A DNA stretch of 64,000 bases from NCBI RefSeq assembly GCF_006345805.1, contig NC_043014.1:36084001-36148000 (forward strand), given 5' to 3'. This stretch comes from Octopus sinensis (Eukaryota). Under the pieces are notes generated by a model. That model was not told the origin of the DNA. It did no database searches and saw only the letters and a list, made by a program, of their open reading frames with translations. This document shows, piece by piece, positions 25,197-38,043 of this stretch (the stretch's first letter is position 1; every line of letters begins with the position of its first letter). The translations under genes and the position numbers were made by a program.

Positions 25197-26549
25197 ATAT
25201 ACAAACATGTACATATATATATATTCATAGATACACACATATATACACAAACACACACATATTTTGAAAAATATTTTGACACAAATGAAATTTTAATGTT
25301 GAAGTGAAACTGGTAATACTTAAATACAGAGGGTTGTTTTAGGATGTGCTAGAAACAACAGCCAAATCGCCCTTAAATCACTCACTTTTCTCTCTGAAAG
25401 TATAAACAATTTTTTTTTTTCCTTTTTTTTTACTGAAAATGCTCTTCCCATGATTTTGAAGTACAAAAAAAGAAAGAAAAAAACATTGGCCAAAATAGTT
25501 CCGGAGTGAGATGATGAGGGAGCGGGGTGTAGAAAAAGAGTTTTCAAAACATTTTTCATACAAAGATACACCCCCACCCAACACCATCATTTCGAAGGCT
25601 GTGGCTTAAAAAAAATTGGGAAAATCCCCGAAAGAATTATCCCCACAAATTTCTGTATAATCATAATCTATGCCGTTTGAAAGGGATTTGTATAAAGTTT
25701 CATTAAAAGATACCCGTCTTCCTGAAAGTTATGAGGGCAAAATGTTAGATCGTGTGAATTTTCAGAAACTCCTCTCTTCACCCCCTTGGAAAAATTCTAT
25801 CCCATAAATCTCTATATACTTTGAAGCCACAACATCTAAGCAGTATTTGTAGAAAACGTTGTCAAAAAAGTATCCATTTTTCTGGATATTATGAGGCAAC
25901 AAAGTCGGGGGTGTACACATTTGTTGTAATGCCCTTTTATTTATACGATTTTTTTTCATTTCATGTTTATTTCATTCATTGTTTGCAGTGTTCTCTCTCC
26001 ACCCACTTTCTCTCTCTCTCTCTCTCACACACTGAAAAGCTTACAGATGTGTTGCTGAATTGTTGTTTTGAGGGAAGGAAAAACTTGACAACCACTTCTC
26101 TCTCTGTTGCTGGACTACCGTGATGTTTATTTAAAAAAGAGAGATTATGACTGTGATAAAATAATGACAGCGAAATTTACTAAGCAAGTGAACACTATAA
26201 TACTATGAAATAATTAGACGTCATATATAAGAATTATTAGAATTTGGAATCAAATGTGAAAATATTATGGTGCCAGCAGAAAACCGCCCGGAGGGTGGTC
26301 ATTCCGCTAGTATATATATATATTTCTTTACTGCCTACAAGGGGCTAAACATAGAGGGGACAAACAAGGACAGACAAAGGGATTAAGTCGATTATATCGA
26401 CCCCACTGCGTAACTGGTACTTTATTTATTTACCCCGAAAGGATGAAAGGCAAAGTCGACCTCGGCGGAATTTGAACTCAGAACGTAACGGCAGACGAAA
26501 TACGGCTACGCATTTCGCCCGGCGTGCTAACGTTTCTGCCAAGAAACAC

Positions 26550-26824
26550 ACAAAACTGTTAGTTTCACTTCAACTTGAATTTTGTCAAAAATTTTCGTCG
26601 CTTTGAACGCGACCTGTTACTGACAAACTTCGTGCTGCATCTCGTGCAGCAAGCTTTGTTGAACATCCGGTTCAAAGCGACATTTTGACAATTAAATTTC
26701 ATTGAAGTGAAACTAACGGTTTTGTGTGTTTCTAAATTACTTATAAACACCTTCCATGCTGCAATTGTTTTCGTTCCAGCACACAATCTCAGATCAGGTC
26801 ACTTGCTATGCAAGTACATCTCCG

Positions 26825-26830
<6 letters not shown>
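26550..26830. repeat. Unclassified foldback MITE-like fragment; related copy at 28745-28965
   Basis: Shared end ATCTCAGAT.AGGTCACTTGCTATGCAA.TACATCTCCGTAAT; internal inverted repeat TTAGTTTCACTTCAA / TTGAAGTGAAACTAA. Confidence 0.6.
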
Positions 26831-26874
<44 letters not shown>

Positions 26875-26907
26875 CTGAGAAATATTTTAATGAACTTTTA
26901 TTTAACA

Positions 26908-27389
26908 ACTAGACTACTTGTGACCTGTTGGGTCACCAATATTTCAAGGTACCCGAAAAAATCGCGTATCTGGGAAACCCATGGTCTGATTTACGCGAAA
27001 CTTGTTTAATTTCGTTTGTATTCACATGTCAATGGTACTTTACTTTCAAAGAATTTTTCCATTACGCGCTGGTTTGGCTATTTATAAAGGTTACCCGAAA
27101 AAAACTGTGTTTCTTAGGAACCTTTGGTCCAATTCACGCAAAACTTATTTTATTCCGTTTGTATTCACATTTCAAGCAAGCACGTAAGCAAACATGCAAG
27201 AAAGCATGCAAGAAAGCAAGCAAGTAAGCACGCAATCAAGCAAGCACGCAAGCAAGCAAGCAAGCAAGCAAGCACGCAAGCAAGCACGCAAGCAAGCACG
27301 CAAGCAAGTAAGCATGCAAGCAAGTAAGCAAGCATGCAAGCAAGCAAGCACAGAAGCAAGCAATCACAGAGTTTTAGTATTATGTAGAT
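26908..27389 (+). mobile_element. HINE/DINE-1-like non-autonomous Helentron-type element
   Basis: Starts ACTAG, has a ~140-bp internal duplication and a (GCAA)n tract, and ends TTTTAGTATTATGTAGAT. Confidence 0.55.
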
Positions 27390-27598
27390 GAGAAAAACCC
27401 TAATATCACGACAAATTAATTCGTAACTCAAAAGCATGCAAATAGTTTACATTAACATTATTTACTAATAAATAAACTACGTCTGCATTAATGCAAAATG
27501 CAAAAGATTCGTTCAAAATAATGTAAAATTTGAGGTACGTCATCAGGTGAAAAAAAATCTTTTTACGAGTACTACCAGATTACTTGAATCCATATATT

Positions 27599-27638
<40 letters not shown>

Positions 27639-27687
27639 AGATCGTTAGCTCCTACACGCATTTTTTCTCCTTGTTTTTTTCTGTGTA

Positions 27688-27725
27688 TCTTTCTGTTGAT
27701 GAGCGTAGGCTCGAAACGTAAAAGA
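27688..27725 (+). ncRNA. Hammerhead-like motif with atypical core CUGUUGAU
   Basis: TCTTT-CTGTTGAT-GAGC gtag GCTC-GAAA-CG-TA-AAAGA: perfect 5-bp stem I, 4-bp stem II, palindromic ACGT stem III. Confidence 0.5.
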
Positions 27726-27819
27726 CTTTTTCTATTTCTATTCCTGAGCGCTATACTAATACATTTGCCTGTTTGTACTCCACCTGCCTTCGTCTTTTGT
27801 TTATTTTCGTAAACTTTCT

Positions 27820-27881
<62 letters not shown>

Positions 27882-28327
27882 ATCCAAACAAGAAAACACA
27901 AAAAAAAACACAACAACGCGAGGACGTGGAACAAATAAAGTATTGGATGCTCAGGAAAGAAAGGAAGAAGGAGGGTTATATATATATATATATATACGTA
28001 TATGAGCGAGAGGATATAGAAGAAGTTTTCATCAACTGACATAATGTAATAGATATGTACTATGGGTGCTCCGTTCAATTGATCACTAAGCCTCCAGCTT
28101 GAGCTACAAGTGACTGGTGTGATGTTGAGGCTGCTTATCAAAGACAGCTTGAAGTGGTTTCTTCTTGAAGATATAGATAAAAAATAAAACCAGGAAAAGA
28201 AAAACACTTGGTATCACTCGAAAAAAAAAATTAATTTAGATAATATGATGTTTATATTATCAATCTAAATTAAAGAAACTTTCGAGTGATGTCAAATGTT
28301 TTTCCTTTTCTTTTTTATTTTAATTTA

Positions 28328-28394
<67 letters not shown>

Positions 28395-28645
28395 GTCTGT
28401 CTATCTACATATACGTACATACATGGGTTATAGTAGAAGACATTTGTCCAAGGTGGCATGCAGTGGGACTGAACCCGGAACCATGTTGTTTGGGAAGCAA
28501 CTTCTTACCACACAGCCACGCATGTAGACCGGCTGCCGAAACCCGGGATTGCTCTACGGAACTTTAGAACTTCAGTCTAATTCCCTTCCAACCGAGCTAT
28601 TTCAGCTGGTACATACATACATACATACATACATACATACATACA

Positions 28646-28678
<33 letters not shown>

Positions 28679-28964
28679 GCATAGAAGCTGCCCCAAAATG
28701 TCATCAGAGTACTACCTCCCTATGCTACATGACGTTGTTGCAAAACAATATACAATACAGCACAGAATTTTGTCAGTGAACAGGTCACGGTCTCAAAGTG
28801 ACGAAAATATTTTGGCAAATCAAATTTAAAGGTTGAAGTGAATCTAACGGTTTTTGTGTGTTTCTTAAATGGATTGTAAACATCTTCCACGCTGCAATTG
28901 TTTTCGTTCCAGTACACGATCTCAGATGAGGTCACTTGCTATGCAAATACATCTCCGTAATATA

Positions 28965-29365
28965 CAATACCATTCGGAAAAAAGACTGTCCTGGAATAAA
29001 CATAGAGAACTCCCCTGTTATTGAATACATACGCAAATACCAACACAAGGAATACTGGTGGAACATTCCCATCAAAACAGGCCGCATATTATTGTTTGGG
29101 ACAGACAAGAAAAAGTATGTACTGTCTTAGAGGTCAGCTGTCCTGTTGATGTGAATACCTCTTTGAAAATCAAATAGAAAGAAAATAACTAGTGACAACT
29201 GTTTCAAAACCTCCGGCTTCTATATCCAGATTACAAATTTACATCTATACCAATAATAATTGGAGCACTTGGTTTTCTAAGTAAATGCCTAACTCTCAGA
29301 CCAGATAAGCTTGGATTTTCAGAAAAAGAAACCAACCGATTCGCACATTACAAATATAATCTTAA
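28965..29365 (+). mobile_element. R4/Dong-type non-LTR retrotransposon C-terminal REL endonuclease remnant
   Basis: EYWWNIPIKT...EVSCPVDVN.SLK..KEN...L..LYPDYKF..IPIIIGALG, broken by stops. Confidence 0.75.
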
Positions 29366-29378
29366 TTCTTTAAAGCCC

Positions 29379-29895
29379 ACAAGGGGTTAAACATAGAGGG
29401 GACAAACAAGGACAGACAAAGGGATGAAGTCGATTACATCGACCCCAGTGCGTAACTGGTACTTTTTTAATCGACCCTGAAAGGATGAAAAGCAAATCGA
29501 CCCTGAAAGGATGAAAAGCAAATCGACCTCGGCGGAATTTGAACTCAGAATGTAACGGCAGATGAAATATCGCTAAGCATTTCGCCCGATGTGCTAACAT
29601 TTCTGTGGAGGCGCAATGGCCCAGTGGTTAGGGCAACGGACTCGCGGTGTGTGTTTATTGAGTGAAAACACCCAAAAGCTCCACGAGGCTCCGGCAGGGA
29701 GTGGTGGCGACCCCTGTTGTACTCTTTCGCCACAACTTTCTCTCATTCACTCTTCCTGTTTCTTGAGTAACGCTGCGATGGACTTGCGTCCCGTCCAGCT
29801 GTGGGGAACACATCACAGAAACCGGGAAATTGGGCCCGTGAGCCTGGCTAGGCTTGAAAAGGGTGAGAGAGCTAACATTTCAGCCAGCTCACCCA
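29379..29895 (-). mobile_element. SINE A monomer split by a family E SINE
   Basis: Head interrupted at GCTAACATTTC, duplicated at 29593-29603 and 29871-29881. Also a 24-bp internal duplication near 29490-29530. Confidence 0.85.
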
Positions 29896-30042
29896 ATCTA
29901 CAAGTGGGACATTAACCTATGCAAGACTTTTCTCAGATTTAAAATGTGTCATTGTTTCCGTTAGATGGAACTGTGTATCTTTGTTAGAAACCAATTCCTT
30001 CCTCAGAGGAAGAATTTAAATGATTAAATACAGAAGACACTT

Positions 30043-30081
<39 letters not shown>

Positions 30082-30094
30082 TTCACATCATGTT

Positions 30095-30425
30095 AAGGTA
30101 TATAGGAGCACTCCGTCGGTTACGACGACGAGGGTCCCAGCTGATACGATCAACGGAACAGCTTGCTCGTGGAATTAACGTGCAAGTGACTGAGCAATCC
30201 ACAGACACGAGTACCCTTAACGTAGTTCTTAGGGAGATTCAACGTGACACAGAGTGTGACAAGGCCGGCCCTTTGAAATACAGGTACTACTCATTTTTGC
30301 CAGCTGAGTGGACTGGAGCAACGTGAAATAAAGTATCTTGCTCAAGGACACAACGCATCGCCGGGAATCGAACTCACGACCTTACAATCGTCAGTCGAAT
30401 GCCCTAACCACTAAGCCACGCGCCT
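30095..30425 (-). mobile_element. SINE family D (tRNA head plus CORE-like TGTGTCCTTGAGCAAG segment)
   Basis: Sense GGCGCGTGGCTTAGTGGTTAGG..GAGTTCGATTCCC. Related pieces near 39120-39310, 42125-42330, 53150-53260 and 55580-55800. Confidence 0.75.
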
Positions 30426-30769
30426 TCACACATCATGTTAAACCGTAAACCACTATACATTTCTTTCTCTTTCCGTTTTCCCGTTCTCTCACCATTTTTT
30501 ACTTCTCAGCCCTTTCTGTGGAAGAGCATATGTCAAGAAGACATTTCCATTCTTCCCGAGCGTCAAATCAATACACCTGCTTGTTGTTTATACACCTGTC
30601 TTCGTCTTTAGTTTTCAGTAAATTTGAACTACGCGTGTGCATGCGTGTATATGTGCGTGCGTGTGTGTATGTGTGTACATATATGTATGTTTACGTGTGT
30701 GTGTGAAGCACGAACTCTTGTTTCTTGAGTCACCGAGTCACTTGTGTACTTTCTTTGTTAATATGTAAG

Positions 30770-31150
30770 TATGTATGCGAGTGTATGTATGTATGTATGT
30801 ATGTATGTATGTACGTATGTATGTATGTATGCGAGTGTATGTATGTATGTATGTATGTATGTACGTATGTATGTATGTATGTATGTATGTGAGTGTATGT
30901 ATGTATGTATGTACGTACGTACGTACGTACGTATGTATGTATGTATGTATGTATGTATGTATGTATGTATGTATGTATGTACGTACGTACGTATGTATGT
31001 ATGTATGTATGTATGTACGTATGTATGTATGTACGTACGTACGTATGTATGTATGTATGTATGTATGTATGTATGTATGTATGTATGTATGTATGTGAGT
31101 GTATGTATGTATGTATGTATGTATGTATGTATGTATGTATGTATGTATGC
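30770..31150. repeat. (ATGT)n/(ACGT)n microsatellite
   Basis: Direct reading; source of the spurious MYVC/HTYI ORFs. Confidence 0.95.
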
Positions 31151-31487
31151 ATGCACGTACTCGTTCACACGCACACACATACGCTTCAGATAAGAGACAG
31201 AAAAGGGGCGCTCTAGAGATACGCTTAGTCGTATCCACTCAAGTGACATCAAAAGCTAATCCAGAACTTATCAACTAATGATAAGCCTCTTAAACATGTT
31301 GCATCATGCTGATGTAAGGACTGTTTGGTGTTGTGCAAGAGTTAGATGTTGAGGTAGATGATGAAAAAAAAGGTAAAGATATTTCATTGTTGCCAAATTT
31401 GCGTGACTAAGTTTGGTCCGGAAATATCTTATGCCTTGAGAAGTGTGACGGTTTATGGGAAGTTAAACTGACCGAAATAGATATTTG

Positions 31488-31526
<39 letters not shown>

Positions 31527-31767
31527 CGTGTGTTATTTTTGATTTCAAGTGTATTACTCTTTTACTTGTTTCAGTCGTTTGACTGCGGCCATGCTGGAGC
31601 ACCGCCTTTAGTCGAGCAAATCGACCCCGGGACTTATTCTTTGTGAGCCCAGTACTTATTCTATCGGTCTCTTTTGCCGAACCGCTAAGTGCCGGGGACG
31701 TAAACACACCAGCATCGGTTGTCAAGCAATGTTAGAGGGACAAACACAGACACACAAACATATACAC

Positions 31768-31802
<35 letters not shown>

Positions 31803-32689
31803 ACAGGCTTCTTTCAGTTTCCGTTTACCAAACCCACTCACAAGACATTGGTCGGCCCGGGGCTATAGCTGAAGACACTTGCCCAAGATGCCACGCAGTG
31901 GGACTGAACCGAGAACCATGTGGTTGGTTAGCAAGCTACTTACCACAAGGAGTTCTTGTTTGTTCATATTCATTTTTTTGCTCGGGCTGTTCCTTTATGT
32001 GTGTTGCATATTGTGTAGGGTATTCATTTTTTTCAGTACTGATGTATATCAAATAGATTTTATTAAATATTCTTTATGTTCAGGTTATGTTACTTCTATT
32101 ATTTATGTTAAGCTTGAATGCTGCTGGGGCCTTGGCTATCTGGAATCATTGATAATTTTTAAAGGTCAATCGCTGTTTGTTTAAACATCTCAGGGCTTGT
32201 TCGTGTCTTGTATTAATTTAGTACAGAGGCTATTCTCGAAATCAAAAATAACACACACAGCTATTTAGAAGAACAAGGGACCTTACAAAGCCAACAATCT
32301 AGACCTTAACCTATTTTAAGACTATGTCCTAATGTTTCATTGCTTGGCATCTTGAGCAAAGTATTTTCTATAATACCTTCTTGTAATACTGGCTTTCGGC
32401 ATGGGCACACAGAGCAGTTCTCCAAATGCTGCAGAAGTCTAGAGGCCCAATTTTGATCTATGCATGATGTGACTCACAATCAATAAATAAAGTCCAGTGC
32501 ACTGATTTGCCCCTGAATGGGAGTGGAGGCATATAGTGCTGTTAAGATGCTTAAGTTTACAAGTGAAATTTTATAAACGGAAGCTGTGCAAAATCATGTC
32601 GATTGTGCGCGTGTGTGTGTGCACGTGCACACATGTTAGTTAGTTAGTTAGTTAATTTTTGGGCTCAAAAAGCAAAAAGCAAGGCCATG

Positions 32690-32900
32690 TAGGGGGACAC
32701 GGAGTTATGTACAGGGTGGTGTTCATGTAAAGAGTTCAGGCCACTTGTAGTCAAGAGAGACTTTGAACCGTCCGGCAGCTTATTCCACGGATCCACAACC
32801 CGGACGGAGAAAGCCCCTCTCCTTCGATTGAGATGAAATCGTCGCAGATAGAGCTTTTCGGAGTGACCCCGCAGCCGACGGAGGCTTCAACCTTTCTGAA
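32690..32900 (-). mobile_element. CR1-like LINE 3' end
   Basis: Minus-strand RGHSEKLYLRRFHLNRRRGAFSVRVVDPWNKLP. Confidence 0.75.
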
Positions 32901-33889
32901 CACGTGTATGTGTGTGAGTGAGTGCGTGTGCACATGTGTGTGTGTGTGTGCCGTTGAAGGATGTAAGTACTGAAGGAAACCCGATGTTCTTCAAACGAAA
33001 TCAGTATAGAAAGAGACGCCTTTGCACTAACTTACAGACAATCACTCACGCCGTCAAGATATACGTGGCACACTTTGTCACAAGACTTTTTGTCGTAGCT
33101 TCTCACCAAACTTTACGACATTTAATGCAACCTCAAAACAGATTTTCGTTAGATATTCTAGTAAATAAAGGCGGCAAGCTAGCAGAATCGTTAGCATGTC
33201 AGGGAAAATGCTTAGCGGTATTTCATCCATTTTTACGTTCTGAGTTCCAACTTATCCAGGGTTGACTTTGTCTTTCTTCTATTTGGGATCGATAAGGTAA
33301 GTACTAGTTGAACACTGGGATCAATGTAATCGATTTAACCCCTTCCAGAAATTGTTGATCTTGTGCCAAAGTCTGAAACCAATTGTATATTTTTTTTGTA
33401 AAACAAGAAAATGCAATGAACATGCAGAATCGTTAGTACTCTGGACAAAAATGCTTAGCATCATTTCTACCAGTTCATATTTAATCTTTCATTCTTTCGA
33501 AATTGATATAACAAACACCTTTGGAGCACTAGGATTGAATTCACTTTGCTCACAATTTCAGACCTTGTCCCTATAGTAGAAAGAATTTGTAAAACGAAAA
33601 GAAAAGAAAAAAAAAACTTTCTTCGGTTGATCAATTTTCAATTTCACTTTCGTCAGTGGAAATTCAACATGACGAGTATTTGTTACATTGCTGACTGTCT
33701 TGTTGCTAATGTATGAAAAGTCATTAAAGCTAGTTGAAGTTTATCTCTTCTACTTACACAATCTCTTAGTGATAGGCAAATATAATTGATAACGAGAAGA
33801 TACGAGAGAACCATAAAGTGAACTAACATCACATAGGCAAATATTTAAACAAAAAAAAAACGTGCTCCCTTAGCCTGATCGCTCAACAC

Positions 33890-34895
33890 ATTACAAAATC
33901 AACTTTTTTCACTGCTTTCAACCATGGTTTCGGTTTTGTCTTTCACTCCCTTCTTTCTATACATTAATAACCTATTTGCAACCAAGCCCAACACCACCCA
34001 CTTTTATGCAGATGATATGACAACCATTCATTCACTCCAACTTCCTCAAAACACGTATCATCCACATATAGCCTATACACCACACACCAGATCTGTGTTG
34101 ATTCCGTAAACGGTGACCAGAAGTGCATTCAACAGTGGGGCCATACCAATCTTGTGTCTAAGTGTAAGAGCTCAAACACAGTTCTTGAAGAAAACACCTT
34201 AATCCTTAAACATTAGCGGCAGTGAACTAAATCCCTAAGGGTCTTCCTTAAAGCTATGCCCCATTGTCATCGAGGATCTCTCCTGGTGGAAGCACATTCA
34301 TGAAACTGCTAGAACCGCAACCACAAAACTGTCCTGAGCTAGGAGATATTTCAGCCCTCAATTATTACTGACACTCCACAAAGCTCAAGTTAGAATCAAA
34401 ATGGAATACTGCGCCCACGTAAGGGACAGTGTTGCTGCTATGCTCACAGACATCTATACTGCATCCTGAGAAGAGTCACTCGATTGATTGGAATTAAATC
34501 ACTAACAGATACACTCAAGCCTCTCGCCCACGGGCGTACTATCTCTCCTTCCTCTGTTTTTTTCTAATGCTTCTATAATAACTTCTGTGCCACGGAGCTA
34601 GCTTGCCTTGTATTTCCTCCACTCAAGCTCTCCAAACCCATTCACCTATGCAACTTTCGTCTCATTTATTGTGTATAACTACAAGATCTCGTACTAAGCA
34701 CTGTGCCCGTTCCTTTTCCCCTAGAACATTGGTCCTCTTGAATTGTCTTCCTTCTGATGTCTTTTTTAAAGGTGTTGATCTGCAACAATTTAAACAAAAC
34801 ATTGACAGCATCAATCCCATCAGTCTCGAAAGACATGCAAAGGTCACAGACAGAGGGCATTTTCCCAAATTCACTAAGTAAAAAAAAAAAAATAA
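33890..34895 (+). mobile_element. Jockey/CR1-like LINE RT-to-3'-end remnant with A tail
   Basis: GSVLS..LYINN....HFYADD, KAQVR..MEYC.HV, SFSPRT..L.N.LP..VF....FK..I; poly-A at about 34879. Confidence 0.8.
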
Positions 34896-35556
34896 TAATT
34901 ATGAAACTAGATTAGATTGATTGAAAAGAGTCATAACCACATATGTCATAAATAACAGTGACAAACGAAATACACATCGCGATCTGCCGTTGAAAGGGAA
35001 AAGATCTGGCTAGTATAGTCGAGCAAGCATTGAAGCGGAAACGGCAGTATCTAGAATGCAAGAAACGAGCACAGTAACATTTTTGGCCTGATTTGAAACA
35101 TTGTTTTTCCATTATTGGAGCTATGTGATTTGATTGACGAACAGATATAATAATGGTTCCAAATTTTGGCACAAGGCCAGCAGTGTTGGAGGAAGGGTAA
35201 ATTGATTACATCGACCCCAGAGTTCAACTGGTACTCATTTTATCGATTCCAGGAAGTATAGAATGCAAAGTTGACCTCGATGGAATTTCGATCAAGACAG
35301 ACAAAATGACGCTAAGCAATTTTCCCGGCATGCTAACGATTCTATTGATCAACAATTATTATTATTCTATGTTTGACTTTTGCTTTACATTTGCACAAGC
35401 TGACTCCAAGTCTCACCCAGAGACCTCAAGAGACAACAAGTTGGAAGTTCATGTTGGTGTTATGCCTAGGGTGCCATATATTTGGTTTTGTACTTAGTGT
35501 TGTACTAGTGAATGCCTAAATTATTTTTATTATTAATATTATTATTGTTATTGTTA

Positions 35557-35598
<42 letters not shown>

Positions 35599-35965
35599 CT
35601 TGTTTTGATATTAAGAGAGAGAAAGATCGACTTTGTAAAAAAATTTGGACCTGGATTTGAGCTCCCCCTAAGCAAATTTCGTTCCTGCACTTATGCTCTA
35701 AATCGCACTCTACTACTTTAAAAAGGGCAGGACATAATCATTTAGGATTGCCTAGGGGACTAAATAACAGCAACAAAAAAAAAAAAAAAAAACGCGAACC
35801 AATTAATGGGTTTGGAACAACAGCCAAATTTCTCCCAAACCATGCACAAATGTCCTGGAAAAGGAAGGACACATAGAACCATATAGTCCTTATATATATT
35901 CCAGATAGAGAGATGGTTGCAGCTGGAGCACCCTAGGCCATAAATCTACTCGACCATGACTTGCC

Positions 35966-36634
35966 GGATCTTTTCCCTTTCAACGGCAGATCGCGGTGTA
36001 TATTTCGTTTGTCATTGTTATTTATGTCATATTTCATCTTAGTTACGTTTGTATGAATAAACGAGTGTATCTTAATATAATACTTCATGGCATCACCATA
36101 ATCGTTCGTGCATTTCTACTGCTTTTAGTTTTTTTCCCTGATTTTCAGCTACTATTTTTTGGAAAGACTTTTTGCCCTCCACCCTCTAATTTCTTCATTT
36201 TTCACTTTTTTCCGTAACTCTATCCCTAAAACCTTAACCCTAACTCTAAAACCCTAACCGTAACCCTAAAACTTTAACCCTAACTCTAAAACTCTAACCC
36301 TAACCCTAAAACATTAAAACCCAAAAGCTAAAACCAGTACAAATGCACGAACGATGTCATAAATAACAGTGACAAACGAAATATACACCGCCGGTAGTTG
36401 TTGTTGACAAACAACGGCAGTAATTTTATTCAGCTGAATACACGTCATTGATTGGTTGAAATTATTGAAATACGTCAACTTTAACACGAAATAACTTTGA
36501 AAATAGAAACTTTTCTCAACAACACTAAGAGTAAAAGATATTTTATATGGCATATTCTACCAGTGTACGACGTTTGAAAGTGTTTAGTTACAAAAAATTA
36601 ATTTCTCGATCTGCCGTTGAAAGGGAAAAGATCC
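35966..36634. mobile_element. GGATCTTTTC-TIR MITE carrying a telomere-like (TAACCC) tract
   Basis: TIRs GGATCTTTTCCCTTTCAACGGCAGATC; near-TSD GACTTGCC/GACAAGCC; AACCCT repeats at 36228-36335. Lone end at about 34910-35010. Confidence 0.8.
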
Positions 36635-36817
36635 GACAAGCCTGTGACTACACGACAGCAAAACGACATGAGCCAAGCAGAAACCACTTCGTGGATATTC
36701 GATTTGTAAGAAATAACAGCTAAATCTCCTTCAAATCACACTTTACCGTCATAGAAAAAAGGGACTTATTAGATAATGAGCTTATTGGTGCTCTGTGACT
36801 AAGAGAAATATAGAATG

Positions 36818-37259
36818 ACTAGCAGCATAGCCCGGCGTTGCCCGGGTATGTAAGAGCCCCTAGTAGGCAACGACTAATCCCAATCTAGTCCTTTCCCTCT
36901 AGGGAACGAAGGCACATGTGTAGGTTGCAATGTCTTCTCTTCACTCGAATACTTCTGTGTATACGATGTTCCTAGCTGTCCCTTTGGGCGATAAAAAGGT
37001 CGAGTTGTGTCCCCTAGACAGAAAATGTGTTGCATATAAAAAGCTTAGATTCTCGACCCCATGTCGAATTTATCGATTTTTTTCACAACTGGGGGAACTT
37101 TTCAAAATTTTCACTGCGTTAGTTTTTAATTATGACATTGGGCTATGTGTGTATCAAGTTTCATCAGAATCGGTTGAAAGCCGTGGTCAGGGTGAGGGTA
37201 CAACCTGACAGACACACAGACACACAGACAGACAAACTGCCGTTTATATATAGAGAGAT
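36818..37259 (+). mobile_element. HINE/DINE-1-like element
   Basis: Starts ACTAGCAGCATAGCCCGGCGTTGCCCGGG (hairpin), contains AAGTTTCATCAGAATCGG and (GACA)n, and ends TTTATATATAGAGAGAT. Confidence 0.7.
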
Positions 37260-37513
37260 GATCTTTAATCAAAGAATTAACTGCCTTTAATCATAGGTTT
37301 TGCTCAACAAGACTGGCCTGGAACTAAACGATAACACCAACATTGACGCTTCCTCTAATAACAGCAGCAACAGCAACAACATGGACAATGCCTTAGAGTC
37401 AAATGATTTAACTCTAGCAATTGTATGGAATGAACAGAAGAAATTCCTGCAGAAACAAAACTTCATTCTACAACAATATAGTGACAAAAAAAAAATGTTC
37501 ATTAATAATAACA

Positions 37514-37820
37514 CCACCACCGCCGCCACCATCACCACCACCATCACAACCGCCGTCGCTGCCGCGACCACCACCATCAGTACCACCACCACCACCACCA
37601 CCGCCGCCACCACCACAACCGCCGCCACTGCCGCGACCACCACCACCACCACCGCCGCCGCCGCCACAACCGCCGCCACTGCCGCGACCACCACCACCAC
37701 CACCACCACCACCACCACCACCACCACCACCACCACCACCACCACCACCACCACCACCACCACCACCACCACCACCACAACCGCCGCCACAGCCGCGACC
37801 ACCACCGCCGCCGCCGCCAT
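37514..37820. repeat. (ACC)n/(GCC)n compound trinucleotide tract
   Basis: Direct reading; recurring ACAACCGCCG.C.C.GCCGCGACC subunit. Confidence 0.95.
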
Positions 37821-38043
37821 CATCAATCAAAACAACAACAATGGCAACAATCTCTTCGCATTTCTATCTCGTCAGAGCATCAAACGGAAGGGCTAAAGCT
37901 CTTCAGAGCCAAGAACCGAGCCTTGCACGCAGTCACTCAAATTGCAAGAAATGATAGCTCATTGCCTGAAAAAATAAAATAACACATTAGGTAAATAAAA
38001 TCCCACATATAATACACCTAAAGTCGGATGCTGAATCTTTATT

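Noticed and set aside
30730-31252. Long ORFs of HTYI/MYVC repeats (also 13090, 16960, 27165, 46587, 47035)
   Set aside because: Translations of microsatellites; no coding signal.
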